The translations under genes were made by a program, and so were the position numbers. Positions 45,916 to 56,788 of a stretch of 64,000 nucleotides of DNA are shown one piece after another. A model generated the notes under the pieces. That model searched no databases, was not told the origin of the DNA, and worked only from the letters and a program-made list of their open reading frames with translations. Each line of letters starts with the position of its first letter. Within the stretch, counting starts at the first letter, position 1. Origin of the DNA: Phyllosticta citribraziliensis. Taxonomy: Eukaryota. The stretch spans positions 1,922,001 to 1,986,000 of the forward strand of contig NW_027117341.1 in assembly GCF_038025025.1 (NCBI RefSeq). Reading direction: 5' to 3'.

Positions 45916-48288
45916 ATGTCAAACGAGTATCGATACGCTCCTCTTGAGACCCCGTCGACGATCCGAGTCATCAAGATCCAAGAGCAAAAAGTCAACAACG
46001 AAGTCGCATGCGTCATCTGTCACGTCGACCAAACCGAATTCGACTATGAAGCGCTTTCATACGTCTGGGGAGACTCGACGCCAACCAGACACGTGTACCT
46101 GGGAAACGAAGCCGATCAAACGTGCTTGTTCCCGCTGCATGAGAACCTGTGGCGCTTTCTCAACTGGGCGTGGGACCGACGAATGTTCAATAGTTGGATC
46201 TGGACTGATCGAGCCTGTCTCAATCAGCATGATGGCAAAGAAATGGCACAGCAAATCCCCAGAATGGGAGAGATATTCAATAACGCGGAGCATGTCATCT
46301 CTTGGCTTGACATGTCTGAGAGAGAGGGGCGGCATCTGGTATGCCTTCAGTATTTCTCGCTAGCTGAGTTTGATGAAAAATTGGAAAAGGAGCTTGGAGG
46401 TGGATCGGCAATCCGCCACCGGGTTTCCCAGGAAACAGAACTTGTCGCGTATGCCGTATTGCGACATGAATACTGGAACCGCCTCTGGATAACGCAAGAG
46501 GTTGTGAACGCTAAGCGTCTAACCGTTATGATCGGAGACCACGGAATGGACATGGCCGACGTGGAGACAATGACCTCGCTTTTCGAGAGCAACGCGGATT
46601 TTGAGGCCTTCCTTCAACTCTGGCCACTGTACTCGCGGCGTGGACAAGACCAATTCAATAACCTACGGAACATGCTGGACCTGGTGGTGAGTGCCGAACT
46701 CAAATGCAAACTACCTCAAGATCGAGCCTATGGAATCTTGGGCCTGGTAGCTGATAACAGCGACGGCTCGTCGGTTGGTGACTACATACAGGTTGATTAC
46801 AGTAAGTCACCATTTCAAGTATTACTTGACGCATTACTTGTGGCTGAATCATCGTGGGATGAATGCGTGCCCAACTTGCTAGCTATGCCGTTCGTAAAGG
46901 GGAAGGTGGTGACTGAGCCAGTATTTGACCTCCTTGAGGAATACTTGAGCAGTGACCAAACATCAGAAAAACACCGAAAGTTGGCGCTTCACACCATCCA
47001 GGCATGCGATTGCTTAGTTATGATGTTCAACATTTCTGAGTGTCGTCCGAGCGCCTCCACCCACAAGGCATTCTCAACTCTTTTAAGAGAGTTGAAATGG
47101 AGCGGTTTCAAGCCTACGTTGCAAGAAAGCGCAGTGATGACAGGAGTTGCGCTTGTGCTTAGCCATGGCGCAGGAGATGAAATGTTCGAAAATTGGAATG
47201 CTCGCCAAAAGCACAGTCTTCCGACGTGTTCCGCCTGGCGATGCGCCGAGCACATGGCTGGAGGAAGAAATTATCCGCAAAGGGGTCAAAATTATCTCAA
47301 TTGGTTCCGCAGAAGGGAACGCCATGTGTGGCCACATGAACCCGAGTTTTTGACAGGGAAAAAGCCTGGAAGGGGAAATGAGCACCTGCTTTTCATGAGA
47401 GAACTTCCCGGGACGAGACAAGACTATTTGGACTGGTGTGACGAGAGCCAGGAAACGACGAAAAAGGTGCGCACACGTTGGTTAAATTATCTCAATTGGT
47501 ATTCCAAAGAAAGGGAGTGCCATCGCAAGCCGCCATTGGAAAGATATGCGCCTCTTTTCAAGCGAAGGGACAAATGGGAAGGCTTATTCTTGGATCCAGG
47601 ACTTGCCAAAAGGGCATGCGGCCATTATACGGACGGTGGGAACTGCGATGGGTCGACCATGATGTTTGAGATTCCGGAAGTTGGCTTTCGCCTGGTGTTC
47701 AAGCTGAGTGGAAATAGACCGGGGGGCCAACTATTCATCCACTTTCGGCTTCCAAAACCGGATCAAGAAGAGGAAGAGCGGGAGGGAACCCAGGGACATG
47801 GACAAGAAGGAGTCATCCAAAAGGAAGGAGATGAACGAGGAAAAGAAGAAGGAGAAGAGGAAGAAGAAGAGGAGGAGGAGGAAGAAGAGGAGGAGGAAGA
47901 AGAGGAGGAGGAAGAAGAGGAGGAGGAAGAAGAGGAGGAGGAAGAGGAGGAGGAGGAGGAGGAAGAAGAACAAGAAGAAGAAGAAGAAGAAGCAGAAGAA
48001 GAAGAAGCAGAAGAAGAAGAAGAAGAACAAGAAGAAAGGAACTGGCAAGATGACCTACCATACTTCCCTCTTATTTGGAGCAGCGGATTCCATTCATACA
48101 CACGCACGGCCCGAGGCTTTGCCCCATTCCACCAATTATGGACAGGCAAGCGCTACATATTATGCTCGCATTACTACGATTGTGACGTGGAGGATCCCGT
48201 AACCCTCTGGTTTACCGACTGGAACAAGCCAGTCCCGCGCCGTCTGCGGAACGAATCGTATTTCATGCAACATCTCGATGAACCCTAG
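45916..48288 (+). CDS. HET-domain protein, paralog 3, 790 aa, with an internal repeat insertion and a poly-Glu tract
   Basis: YRYAPLETPSTIRVIKI, YEALSYVWGD, WIWTDRACLNQ..QQIPRMGEIF, YWNRLWITQE, DRAYGILGL. Confidence 0.9.
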   Translation: MSNEYRYAPLETPSTIRVIKIQEQKVNNEVACVICHVDQTEFDYEALSYVWGDSTPTRHVYLGNEADQTCLFPLHENLWRFLNWAWDRRMFNSWIWTDRACLNQHDGKEMAQQIPRMGEIFNNAEHVISWLDMSEREGRHLVCLQYFSLAEFDEKLEKELGGGSAIRHRVSQETELVAYAVLRHEYWNRLWITQEVVNAKRLTVMIGDHGMDMADVETMTSLFESNADFEAFLQLWPLYSRRGQDQFNNLRNMLDLVVSAELKCKLPQDRAYGILGLVADNSDGSSVGDYIQVDYSKSPFQVLLDALLVAESSWDECVPNLLAMPFVKGKVVTEPVFDLLEEYLSSDQTSEKHRKLALHTIQACDCLVMMFNISECRPSASTHKAFSTLLRELKWSGFKPTLQESAVMTGVALVLSHGAGDEMFENWNARQKHSLPTCSAWRCAEHMAGGRNYPQRGQNYLNWFRRRERHVWPHEPEFLTGKKPGRGNEHLLFMRELPGTRQDYLDWCDESQETTKKVRTRWLNYLNWYSKERECHRKPPLERYAPLFKRRDKWEGLFLDPGLAKRACGHYTDGGNCDGSTMMFEIPEVGFRLVFKLSGNRPGGQLFIHFRLPKPDQEEEEREGTQGHGQEGVIQKEGDERGKEEGEEEEEEEEEEEEEEEEEEEEEEEEEEEEEEEEEEEEEEEQEEEEEEAEEEEAEEEEEEQEERNWQDDLPYFPLIWSSGFHSYTRTARGFAPFHQLWTGKRYILCSHYYDCDVEDPVTLWFTDWNKPVPRRLRNESYFMQHLDEP
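47854..48036 (+). repeat. Coding GAA/GAG microsatellite (~60 codons, nearly all Glu)
   Basis: Includes four perfect GAAGAAGAGGAGGAG units at 47881-47940. Confidence 0.95.
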
Positions 48289-48369
48289 CAATTTTCTGTC
48301 CAACACTGCACGTCTGGAATGAACATCATGGCCGCGTAGGCACCCTTCATCAGCGAGCTCTCCAGTCGT

Positions 48370-48745
48370 CCCAAAGCGGCAGTCCCCATATCGTGTCCAA
48401 CATCAAACGTCTAAAAGTTGCGTCTTCACGCGCACAGGCCATGTCACCATTCTGCCCAAAGCGGCAGTGCCTTATGGTCCAACATCAAACGTCTAAAACA
48501 ACAGCAAGGCTACGGATCTGCATTCATCCCGCCGGTCCGGTTTTCGTTCAGTCCGCCCAAAACAGCAATCTCTCCATCCACCATCCATCCATCAAGCAAA
48601 ATCGAACGTCTAAAAGTTGCATCTTCAGGGCACAAGCCACGTCACCATTCGCCCCACAGCGGCAATCTCCCATACTGCGTCATCATCCATCCATCAATCA
48701 TCCAACATCCAACATCAAACGTCAAACATCAAACATCAAACCTCT
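48370..48745. repeat. Degenerate tandem repeat downstream of HET paralog 3
   Basis: Recurring blocks CCCAAAGCGGCAGT (48370, 48455), CCAACATCAAACGTCTAAAA (~48397, ~48479) and AACGTCTAAAAGTTGC.TCTTCA..GCACA.GCCA.GTCACCATTC (~48406, ~48605). Confidence 0.8.
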
Positions 48746-49100
48746 ATCTGATGTCTTCAACGCATGACCCCGGCCTCCTCTACCCTTCGCCACACCTACA
48801 CCAGCATCCTTAGCTGAGCTCGAATGTGGCTGAGGTGTGTCCTTCATTAGGTGAGGTAGTGGTGTGGCTGAAAACCGTAACATCCGGATGTCGAGCAACA
48901 ACGAACCCGTCCGCCGCACGCCCACGACCCCCGTCCCTTTCCATTCCTCCTCCTTCTCCAGGAGATCAACTGAAATGCGTCTCACGCTGGCCATGTATCT
49001 ATCTAGCAGGTACAGCAGGCGGATGGGGAAAACAACAGCAAAGTCTTCTCGGGCAGGGCCGGCCGGGCCGGTCGTGAGAGATGAGATGAGATAGATTCGT

Positions 49101-49132
49101 ACTGTACCACTGTACCACTGTACCACTGTACC
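49101..49132. repeat. (ACTGTACC)x4 short tandem repeat
   Basis: Read directly from the sequence. Confidence 0.85.
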
Positions 49133-49599
49133 ATGCCATGCGTACGGTACGGTACGGTACATAGGCTGATGATGTGGTAACTACCCGCTATCCCTCACCA
49201 CCACCATCGCGGCGGCGAAGGAAGGTGCTGTGCGTGCGTGGGTGGCTCGGGTCGGGTCGGGGGGTCGGGGACTTCTTTAACTGAAAGTGAAAGTCTCCAC
49301 TGTTCTTCCAACGTCGAACGACGTGAGAGCGCACAGGCCAGCGTTGTTAGCTGAGCTCGCATGTGGCTGGTGTGGCTGCGTCCTTGGGTGAGGTGCCAGG
49401 TGGTGTGGCTGAAAAGGGTACTACATGTCCACGTTCCCCCCCCCCCCCCCCCTAGATCAAGATGATTGGTTTCGCGTATGATATGATGCTCGCGCGCTAC
49501 ATCTAGCTAGCTACATTTATATACATCAATCAAGTGCACCCGCCTTCCCCTTTCCCTCACCACTCTCTCAGCCTCAACGCCCTCAGCCCCCTCCCTCAC

Positions 49600-52500
49600 T
49601 CACCACCCAAACACCGTACTCACGCTCCCAAACCCCCACCACGTCCCCACCACGCCCACCGCAAACGTCGCAACACACGCGACGCCCACGCCCGCCGCCG
49701 CCGTCAAAAACCGCGGGCAAAAGACGCGATAGAGCATCAAATGCCGCCGCAACCACGCGACCTCGACCGCCGTCGCGAGGCCCAGCATGACGAACACGGC
49801 CACAAACGACGCGGCGGCCATGGCGACGGCGCCCAGCAGGCCGGGCCGTTTGGGCGGCGCGCGCCACAGCGGGATGGCGGGGACGGCGACGGCGGCGAGG
49901 ACGAGCGGCGCGAAGGTGTTGAGGGCGACGAGCAGCGGCGAGAGCGGGTAGGCGACGGTGTGCGTGGCCAGGAACGCGGCGTCCCATTGGATGCTGGGCA
50001 GCGTGGCCGAGTGGCCGGTCGTGAAGAAGTGGGCGAGGGCGAGGAGGGCGAGGGCCGTGGGGCCGATGGCCGAGGCAGAGGCGCGCGTCGGTTCGGACGA
50101 CGACGAGGCCGCCGCGACGGGCAGGTTCGGCGTGTTGAGTTTGTTGGCCGCGAGGATCTCGAGCACGCAGAAGATTTGCACCAGCATCGCGGCCATGGCG
50201 CCCGCGCCCATCGGCTTCTGCACGTGCACCAGCAGCAGCGCCCACGCCGGCAGCACCAGCGCGTACCGCGTGCCATGCACGTTCGCATAGCCGCGGATCT
50301 CGAGCGCCGTATTGGCGTCCTTGGAGACGACGGTCGAGTCGGCCTCGTCGCCGGGCCGCGCCTCGCGCGTGCGGATCTGCAGCAGCGGCTTGCACCACGC
50401 GTAGACGGTGTAGCCGACGGCGAGCGCGATGCCCATGGTCACGCGGCTGAAGACGACGCGGATGCCCTTCTGGCTGCGCTTGGGGATCTGCGGCAGCAGG
50501 TCGGCGTCGTCGGCCGCGTCGAGCCCCCAGAAGATGGCCGACAGGAGCAGCCCGATGCGGAACGTGAAGCCGAGCCAGAAGGGCGCGAGCCCGTGGTACG
50601 AGTGCGTGCGCGTGTAGAAGAGCTTGACGGCCTCGGGCAGGGCGAGCGCGACGGCGAAGGGGATGGCGAGCTGCCACAGGGCCGACGTCGACGACGTCGA
50701 CGAGGCGTAGTACGTCGACCGGCAGTAGGGCATTTGCTCCTCGCGGCAGAGGCGCGACAGCGACGAGAGGCGCGTGAGGACGATGAAGACGAGCGAGTGG
50801 TAGCAGCCCAGGGTGCGGTCCTCGGCCTTGTCCTGCCGCAGCGACGACGCGAAGAACAGGACGCCCAGCGTCGCCAGCAAGAAGTACAGAATGCGGTCTT
50901 CCCAGATGGTGTACGAGTTGGACGCAAAGCCCACGGCCAACAGCGACGGAAACACCAGACTGACCCAGCCCCAAAAGGACGTGGGAAGGGGGGACCGCAC
51001 GCGGAACTTGGCCGTGAACAATGCAGACGCCAGGCCGATGAGGGACAGCACGGCGCCGCCAAAGAAGACCGAGTGCTGCACTTCGAAAGGCTCGACGAGG
51101 TAGCCAGCGGCCGCTCCGCCCGCAGCGCCGAAGAAGAGGCCTAGCAACCCCCTCATCAACAACAGCGGCGTCAGATCCGTGTGGTCGCCCGTGACGCCGC
51201 GCGCGTAGACGACGAGCACGGCCAGCGACGCCGCCAGCACGCCTATGCCCTGGACCATGCTGACGAGGTGGAACTCGGCCCACAGGCTCTTGCACACGCC
51301 AAGCGTCACCTTCTGGTAGCCCGAGTACCGCTCATACACCTGCTTCCACTGCTCCTGGGTTGGTTTGGAAGTCTTTTTGAGTGCGTCCCACGTCCGCTGC
51401 GCCGTATCCCACAGCCCCAGCGGCGATACTTCCTGCTCAGTAAGCCCCTTGGCCAGCGCGTACTCGTGTTGGTATCGGTGGATCTGCGCGGCCGCGAGGC
51501 GGTTGACGAGGGCGAGGTTGCGATAGTCGTCGCCGCGCGGGCCGACAAAGGCCTCTTCAATCGGCTTGCCGAGATTGTTGAACGGTATAGGCAGGCCGAG
51601 GAGCAGCGCCAGCGTGGGAACGAGGTCGATTTGGTTGACTGGCCGCTCCTTGGCCGTGGCAGGCGGCTGGACGAGGTCCGGGTGGCTGCGTCCAAAGATG
51701 CCCCTTTTCGAGTACATCCACAGCGCGGCCTCGACCTCGTCGTCCGACTCGCCGCCGTGGTCGCCCTTGGAGTCCATGCCGTGGTCGCCCATGACGACCA
51801 GCAGCGTGTCGTCGTCGAGCGTCTCCACCACGCGCCGGAACACCCCGTCCATTTGTTGCAGCTTGGCCGCCATGGCCGGGTGGTCCGGCCCGTAGCGATG
51901 GCCCGCGTGGTCCACGCCCAAGTAGTGCCCGATGAGGACGTCCCACTTGGTCGAGTTGGCGGGCGCCAGGTAGGGGAAAAGATGCTCGCTGACCCCATTG
52001 TCCACAGTGTGCAGATCCCACACGTTGAACGAATCGTAAGGCCGCGTGAGCTCTGCGTCAAACAAGCCTGGGAACAGCGAGTGCCAGGTGTCGTCGCCCA
52101 AATGAACCACATTCTTGCTCGCATTACGCAGCTGCGCGATCAAGTTATCCTCGTCAATGGCGGTGCCGGCAAAGTTGGACCCTGCGTCGATAAATGTTGG
52201 CAGCGTGCCGGTCGTCAGTCCCTTGAGGCGCTGCAGCGTCGTCGTCGGCGGATCCGCAATGAACGGCAGCAGCACCGCATTGTTGGGCTTCTTGACCGCC
52301 ATCTCGTGCAGGAACGGAATGGCATTGTGGAAGTGGTGCGGCTCAGCGTCGTCCTCGCGGGGTAGGAATGGAACCGTAAAGTCGTAGCGCAGCGCATCGA
52401 CGATGATGACGACGGCCTTTTCAAACGACTTTGGATGCCAGCAACCCTTTTCGACCGTCCCTGGAGTATGCGAGGCGCCATGCAAGTCTATCGGGGGCAC

Positions 52501-52824
52501 CGCGCAATCGGATTTGTCGTCCAGAACCAGACGCGTCAGGAGAAAACCGGTGGTGAAGAGGTACAGGCCGAGGATGTGCAGAACGCTGCGCCAAGTTAGC
52601 TGACGACACGAAGCCTGGAGGCAAACTTACCTCATGAGGACCAAAAAGGCCACGAGCAGGCTGTGGGAGCTCTTGAACTGCAGCTCCCGCCGTTTGTCGG
52701 CCGCCTTTGCATCTCCAGACCGGTTGCGGAGGCCTTGGGCTTCCTCCTGGTCTTGCCTGGCCTTTGCGGCGGCAAACTGGGCGGCAATGCCCTGATATTC
52801 GGACCTGGGTTTGCCGTCCTCCAT
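49600..52824 (-). CDS. GPI13: GPI ethanolamine phosphate transferase 3 (Gpi13/PIG-O); intron 52586-52630
   Basis: LFTTGFLLTR, IIVDALRYDF, ADPPTTTLQRLKGLTTGTLPTFIDAGSNF, GDDTW, WDLHTVDNGV, HYLGVDHAGHRYGPDH, GDHGMD, and a multi-TM C-terminus with HLMLYRVFCPRF. Confidence 0.95.
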
Positions 52825-53587
52825 TGGCGCTTCGATTGAAGTGGCTACCGAAATGACATTGGGCGAAAGTTGCGGCGAGCGAGAGAGGCAGCTTGGTCGG
52901 CGAAATCAAAGCTCAAGCTCGGCAAAGGTTCGGATCGACGTCAGCATCTGGATCCCTGCGGGCGACGGGAACAAGCTTAATTTCGAGCGGCCGGGCTGTT
53001 GCCATGTGAGAGCTCTATTTTGGTAAACACACCGGCCGACGGCCTCTCCCGCCTCCGCTACTGCAGGAACCAGGCACCGTCTCCACCTTTCCAACGGCGC
53101 CCTTTTGCGGGTTTTGTATCATACATTACAGAATAGAAGCTATAAACTTGCGAGGGGAGCGCTAGTCCCCACGCGCAAACCGACTATCCAGACAGTTTTG
53201 CAGCAGAAAACTAATGGGTGGGGGGGGTGGTCTCATTGCGGATGTGCCAAAAGCAAGCGCGCTGCAAGAATGTACAGAAAAGGACGCCGAAATGTGCAGT
53301 GCAAGGGCCTTTTCATCAGGAGCTCCCAGAGCCGCTCCTCCGCAAACGCCAACGCTGCAGGTTGTCGAGTGGTGGATTGCATTGGGGGAATAAACAATAA
53401 GGAGGGTGAGCTGGCACCAACACCAGTAAAAGAGTGCAGACCGCCGAGGAATCTGCACACAAGAAAAATCGTCATCAAAGGTAAAGAAAGAAACTGAGAA
53501 AGCTCAATCGGTCGTAGCCAGGGGCTTTCAATGGTTGGTAGGACGGGCATTGATTGCTAAGGCAAGTGTCCGGGGTACGAGGATGGC

Positions 53588-54148
53588 TCAAATCGAGTAC
53601 TCGTTCTTCTCGGTGGTCTTTTCCTTGAGACCACCTATGCGCTCGAGGTCGAGGGAGACGAAGCGGTCGTTGTGGTCCTTTTGATAGGGCGGCAGCTGCT
53701 CGTCTTGGACGGGCTCGAGACCGACGCTGTGCTCGCCGACGCGAACGACGACGACGCGGCCCGGCTGCTTGCTGCCCTTGTCGTCCACTTCCTCGGGGAA
53801 AGTTATGCGAATCTCTGGGATGGGACTGTCAGGAGAGCGCGCTTCGTTCATGAGGTCCTTTTTCTCATCGTAGACGTATATCGAGCCGCGGTTGTCGCCA
53901 GGGTAGGGAGGGGCCGTGGTCAGAGTCAGGCTGCGGTGGTGGTGCGATACCTTGGCATTGGGATCGTGCTCATTGTACATGGGCAGGTCCGACTGCTTCT
54001 TGGAGTTGCGTGCGCGGCGAAGCAGGAAGAGGGCAATGACGGAGAGGAAGGCGACCAGGACGAGGACCAAAAGAGCGATGAGGAGTTTGATCATGGCGGG
54101 CGTGAGGTTGAAATCGCCGCTACGGCGGACCAGAGTCGAGTAGGCCAT
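53588..54148 (-). CDS. Fungal single-pass membrane protein with PY-like motifs, 186 aa, function unknown
   Basis: Start context CACCATGG; N-terminal TM LLIALLVLVLVAFLSVIALFLL followed by RR; LPMY, APPY and LPPY motifs; IPEIRITFPEE..GRVVVVRVG..GLEP..LDLERIGGLKEK; coding-like codon bias. Confidence 0.8.
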   Translation of the reverse strand: MAYSTLVRRSGDFNLTPAMIKLLIALLVLVLVAFLSVIALFLLRRARNSKKQSDLPMYNEHDPNAKVSHHHRSLTLTTAPPYPGDNRGSIYVYDEKKDLMNEARSPDSPIPEIRITFPEEVDDKGSKQPGRVVVVRVGEHSVGLEPVQDEQLPPYQKDHNDRFVSLDLERIGGLKEKTTEKNEYSI

Positions 54149-56788
54149 GGTGAAACGAGTGGCGGTGGACTGGTATTGTTGGGGTGGACCTGTGTCTCCG
54201 AGAGCCAAAACAAGTGCGCAGGGGGCCGACGAGGAGGGTCGAAGGGTGTTGGAAGACGCGTGTTTGAGTTGAAAGTGTCTGGGCAAATCGTGAGCAATGC
54301 GGCGGGCGAGTATGCGCGGCGGGCGAGGACTCGGCTGTAGGGCGTAGCGTACCGGCGCAAGGAGTTTTTCGGGGCGGCGGGCACTTGAGCGGACGGTCGA
54401 GAGTGTTGTTGTGGTCGTGGAGAAAGAGTGTATGGCAAGACAGTCGGGCTGAGAGAGTGAAGCCGGCGACTGGAGGTGCTCGCAAGTGGAATGAACGACG
54501 GCGGACGGGAAAGGAAAAGAGAAAGGAAGTCGGGGACGAGAGACGTGCGGGTGTTGAAGAAGGGAGCGGGAGGAGGAGCAGGCGGTTGTCATGCATCCCA
54601 ATTGGGACGCTAGCGCCGAGACGGAAATTGCGCTGCTGGATCTGCCAACCAACTCTTGGACCAACATGCACCTCGCCCGCAGCACGGCGCTTGCGTGGAC
54701 CGTCCAAGCGAATCACGATCTCCTCCATCATGTCTTCCGTCGTTGTCGGCGCTGCGGTCGAGGGAGTCGCTCAGGAGCCAAGCTCGTCAAGCCCGTCGAC
54801 GGCGACAGGGAGACGACGCAAATCATTCCTCACGTCGAGTCCCTTTTTCCATACACAGATAGAGTTGCCGTTAAGGTTATTGCGAGCGCGGTCTCCTGCG
54901 GCGCATCCGGTGTCATAGAGATGAGAAATCTGGGGGTCGACGCAAGGGAGGCCTGAGGCGGCGCTGCATTCCCCGCAAGGAACTCGACAAGACTGAAGAC
55001 TTGGACTTACAAAGAGACTCGCACGTGGAAGGTGATGATGTTTATGTAGGCCCTTCATTCTTTGCAGCTCGGCAGGCTGGGCTGGCCAAGATGACGCACG
55101 CAGCAGAGTGGTCCACAGAAACGGCAGGCATTCCAGAATCCAGACCACCTCAGACGGCGACTCGAAGGGCCGAAGTTTGTGCGCTGCTGAGAATAGAACA
55201 CCTCAGGCGCCGGCAGGCAGCCCACCAGCGCGAGCGAATGTCAGTCGGTCTGCCTCAGACACCAGAGAGCAAGAGGCTACGAGAACGACTACGGTTCGTT
55301 ATCGCGGGCTTGGCATCAGACGACAGGCTTTTTAGTCGTTATCTCTAGCTGCGGTGAAGGTGGAGCAGCGGGTTTGGTCAGGTCTGGCGTGCGGGCCGAC
55401 GGGTGTGCAGCGTGACACGGGGGCATTTGGAATTGGCTTGGAGGGCAATGGACAGGTTCATGTTGCGTCGGAAAATAACAGAGCAGAGGGAAGCCAGCGT
55501 CTCATCGGCAAGGCGAGGACGCTGTGAAACCATGCTGTCTCAAGATGGTGCGCCGGGGAGCGGCAGAGCAGTCGTTGACCATTGGAGTGGCTGCGTATGT
55601 AGTACGGTGGACGGATGGAATGATGGGAAGATGTGGAGTCGTGAGGTGGGGTGGGTGAGGATGGCGACGACAACAAGACGGATGTTCGTTGATGGATTGC
55701 GACAGACAGGCGGCAGTCGGTCGAGTCGAGACACGGAGCAGCCCTGCGCAACGGCGGCACGCGACTAGAGGGGAGAGGGAGAGGGAGACGTCCATGAGAG
55801 CCTGCGAGATCGACTGCGGCCCCATTTTTAGCAGGGCGACAAGGGCAGCCAGGCGATCCATGACCTGAACCAGAGGGGATCTCAGCCTGAGAGCTGGAGA
55901 GCTGGAGAGCGGGCGGCCCGCAGAGCCACAAACACCATCTTCGACTAGGTACCCTCTGCCTCTGACTGGGGCCCCTCGCAACTCTGTCGCCCTGCCCTGA
56001 CTCCCCGTCCAACACCAAGACGCCCGCCCTACCAAGACTCAGACGACTTCCCTTCCCGCATCCTCCGCCGCCGCCGCCGCCGCCGCCGCCAAACTTCGCT
56101 GCTCCACACCTACACCTCTCGTCGCTCCCATCCTCAACACCATTCTTTTGCTCGTCCGTCCCCTCGTCCCCTCGTCCACCCTCCGCTGGCCCTCGCGCTT
56201 CCGCCCCTCCCGCGCGCTTCCTCGCTCCTCATCCGCTGCCCGCCGCCCGCCGCCCGCCGCCCGCCTCTTCCAAAAACTACCTCAGTACCTACCTTACACG
56301 TCCTCACGTCCCTCTCCCACTCCCACGGGAGCCCGTCCACTCGACTCGCCGTCCTTTGCCACGACGCGCCAGATTCCTCGCTTCCTCGACCTGCAGCATC
56401 CCTTGCCTCTCCACCCGCTCGCGACACCCTCTGCGCCTTCTTGGGACGAGAGAGGCACTCACTGATGCGTCCCTTGACAAGCGCGCGAGCATACCACTTC
56501 GAGCTTAGCATGCGCAGTGCTTGACACACACACACAAAGCCCTCTGTAATTACTGTCTACCCAAGGGGCCCCAATCGCTCCAACCTGCCGAGCCCTCTCT
56601 GTATATTCCACTTCCCTAAAAGGTGCCTCCTCGCTCCCTCTCTCTTGCCGCCGCCCTCCGTCGTCATCCATGCTGACCCAGCCTGCACCACAGCTCCCGC
56701 TCCACACCACCACAACCACAACGCATCCTACTGGCTTGGTGCTCCCAACGCCTCGCCCTCTTCGACCCTCCTACTCCTCCACCAACAG

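Noticed and set aside
48370..48745. Repeat-spacer-like pattern suggesting CRISPR
   Set aside because: Eukaryotic context, degenerate repeats with irregular spacing, and no cas genes.
49534..52365. Long Arg/Gly-rich ORFs (536, 570 and 394 aa) overlapping GPI13
   Set aside because: Alternative-frame or antisense artefacts of extreme GC3.
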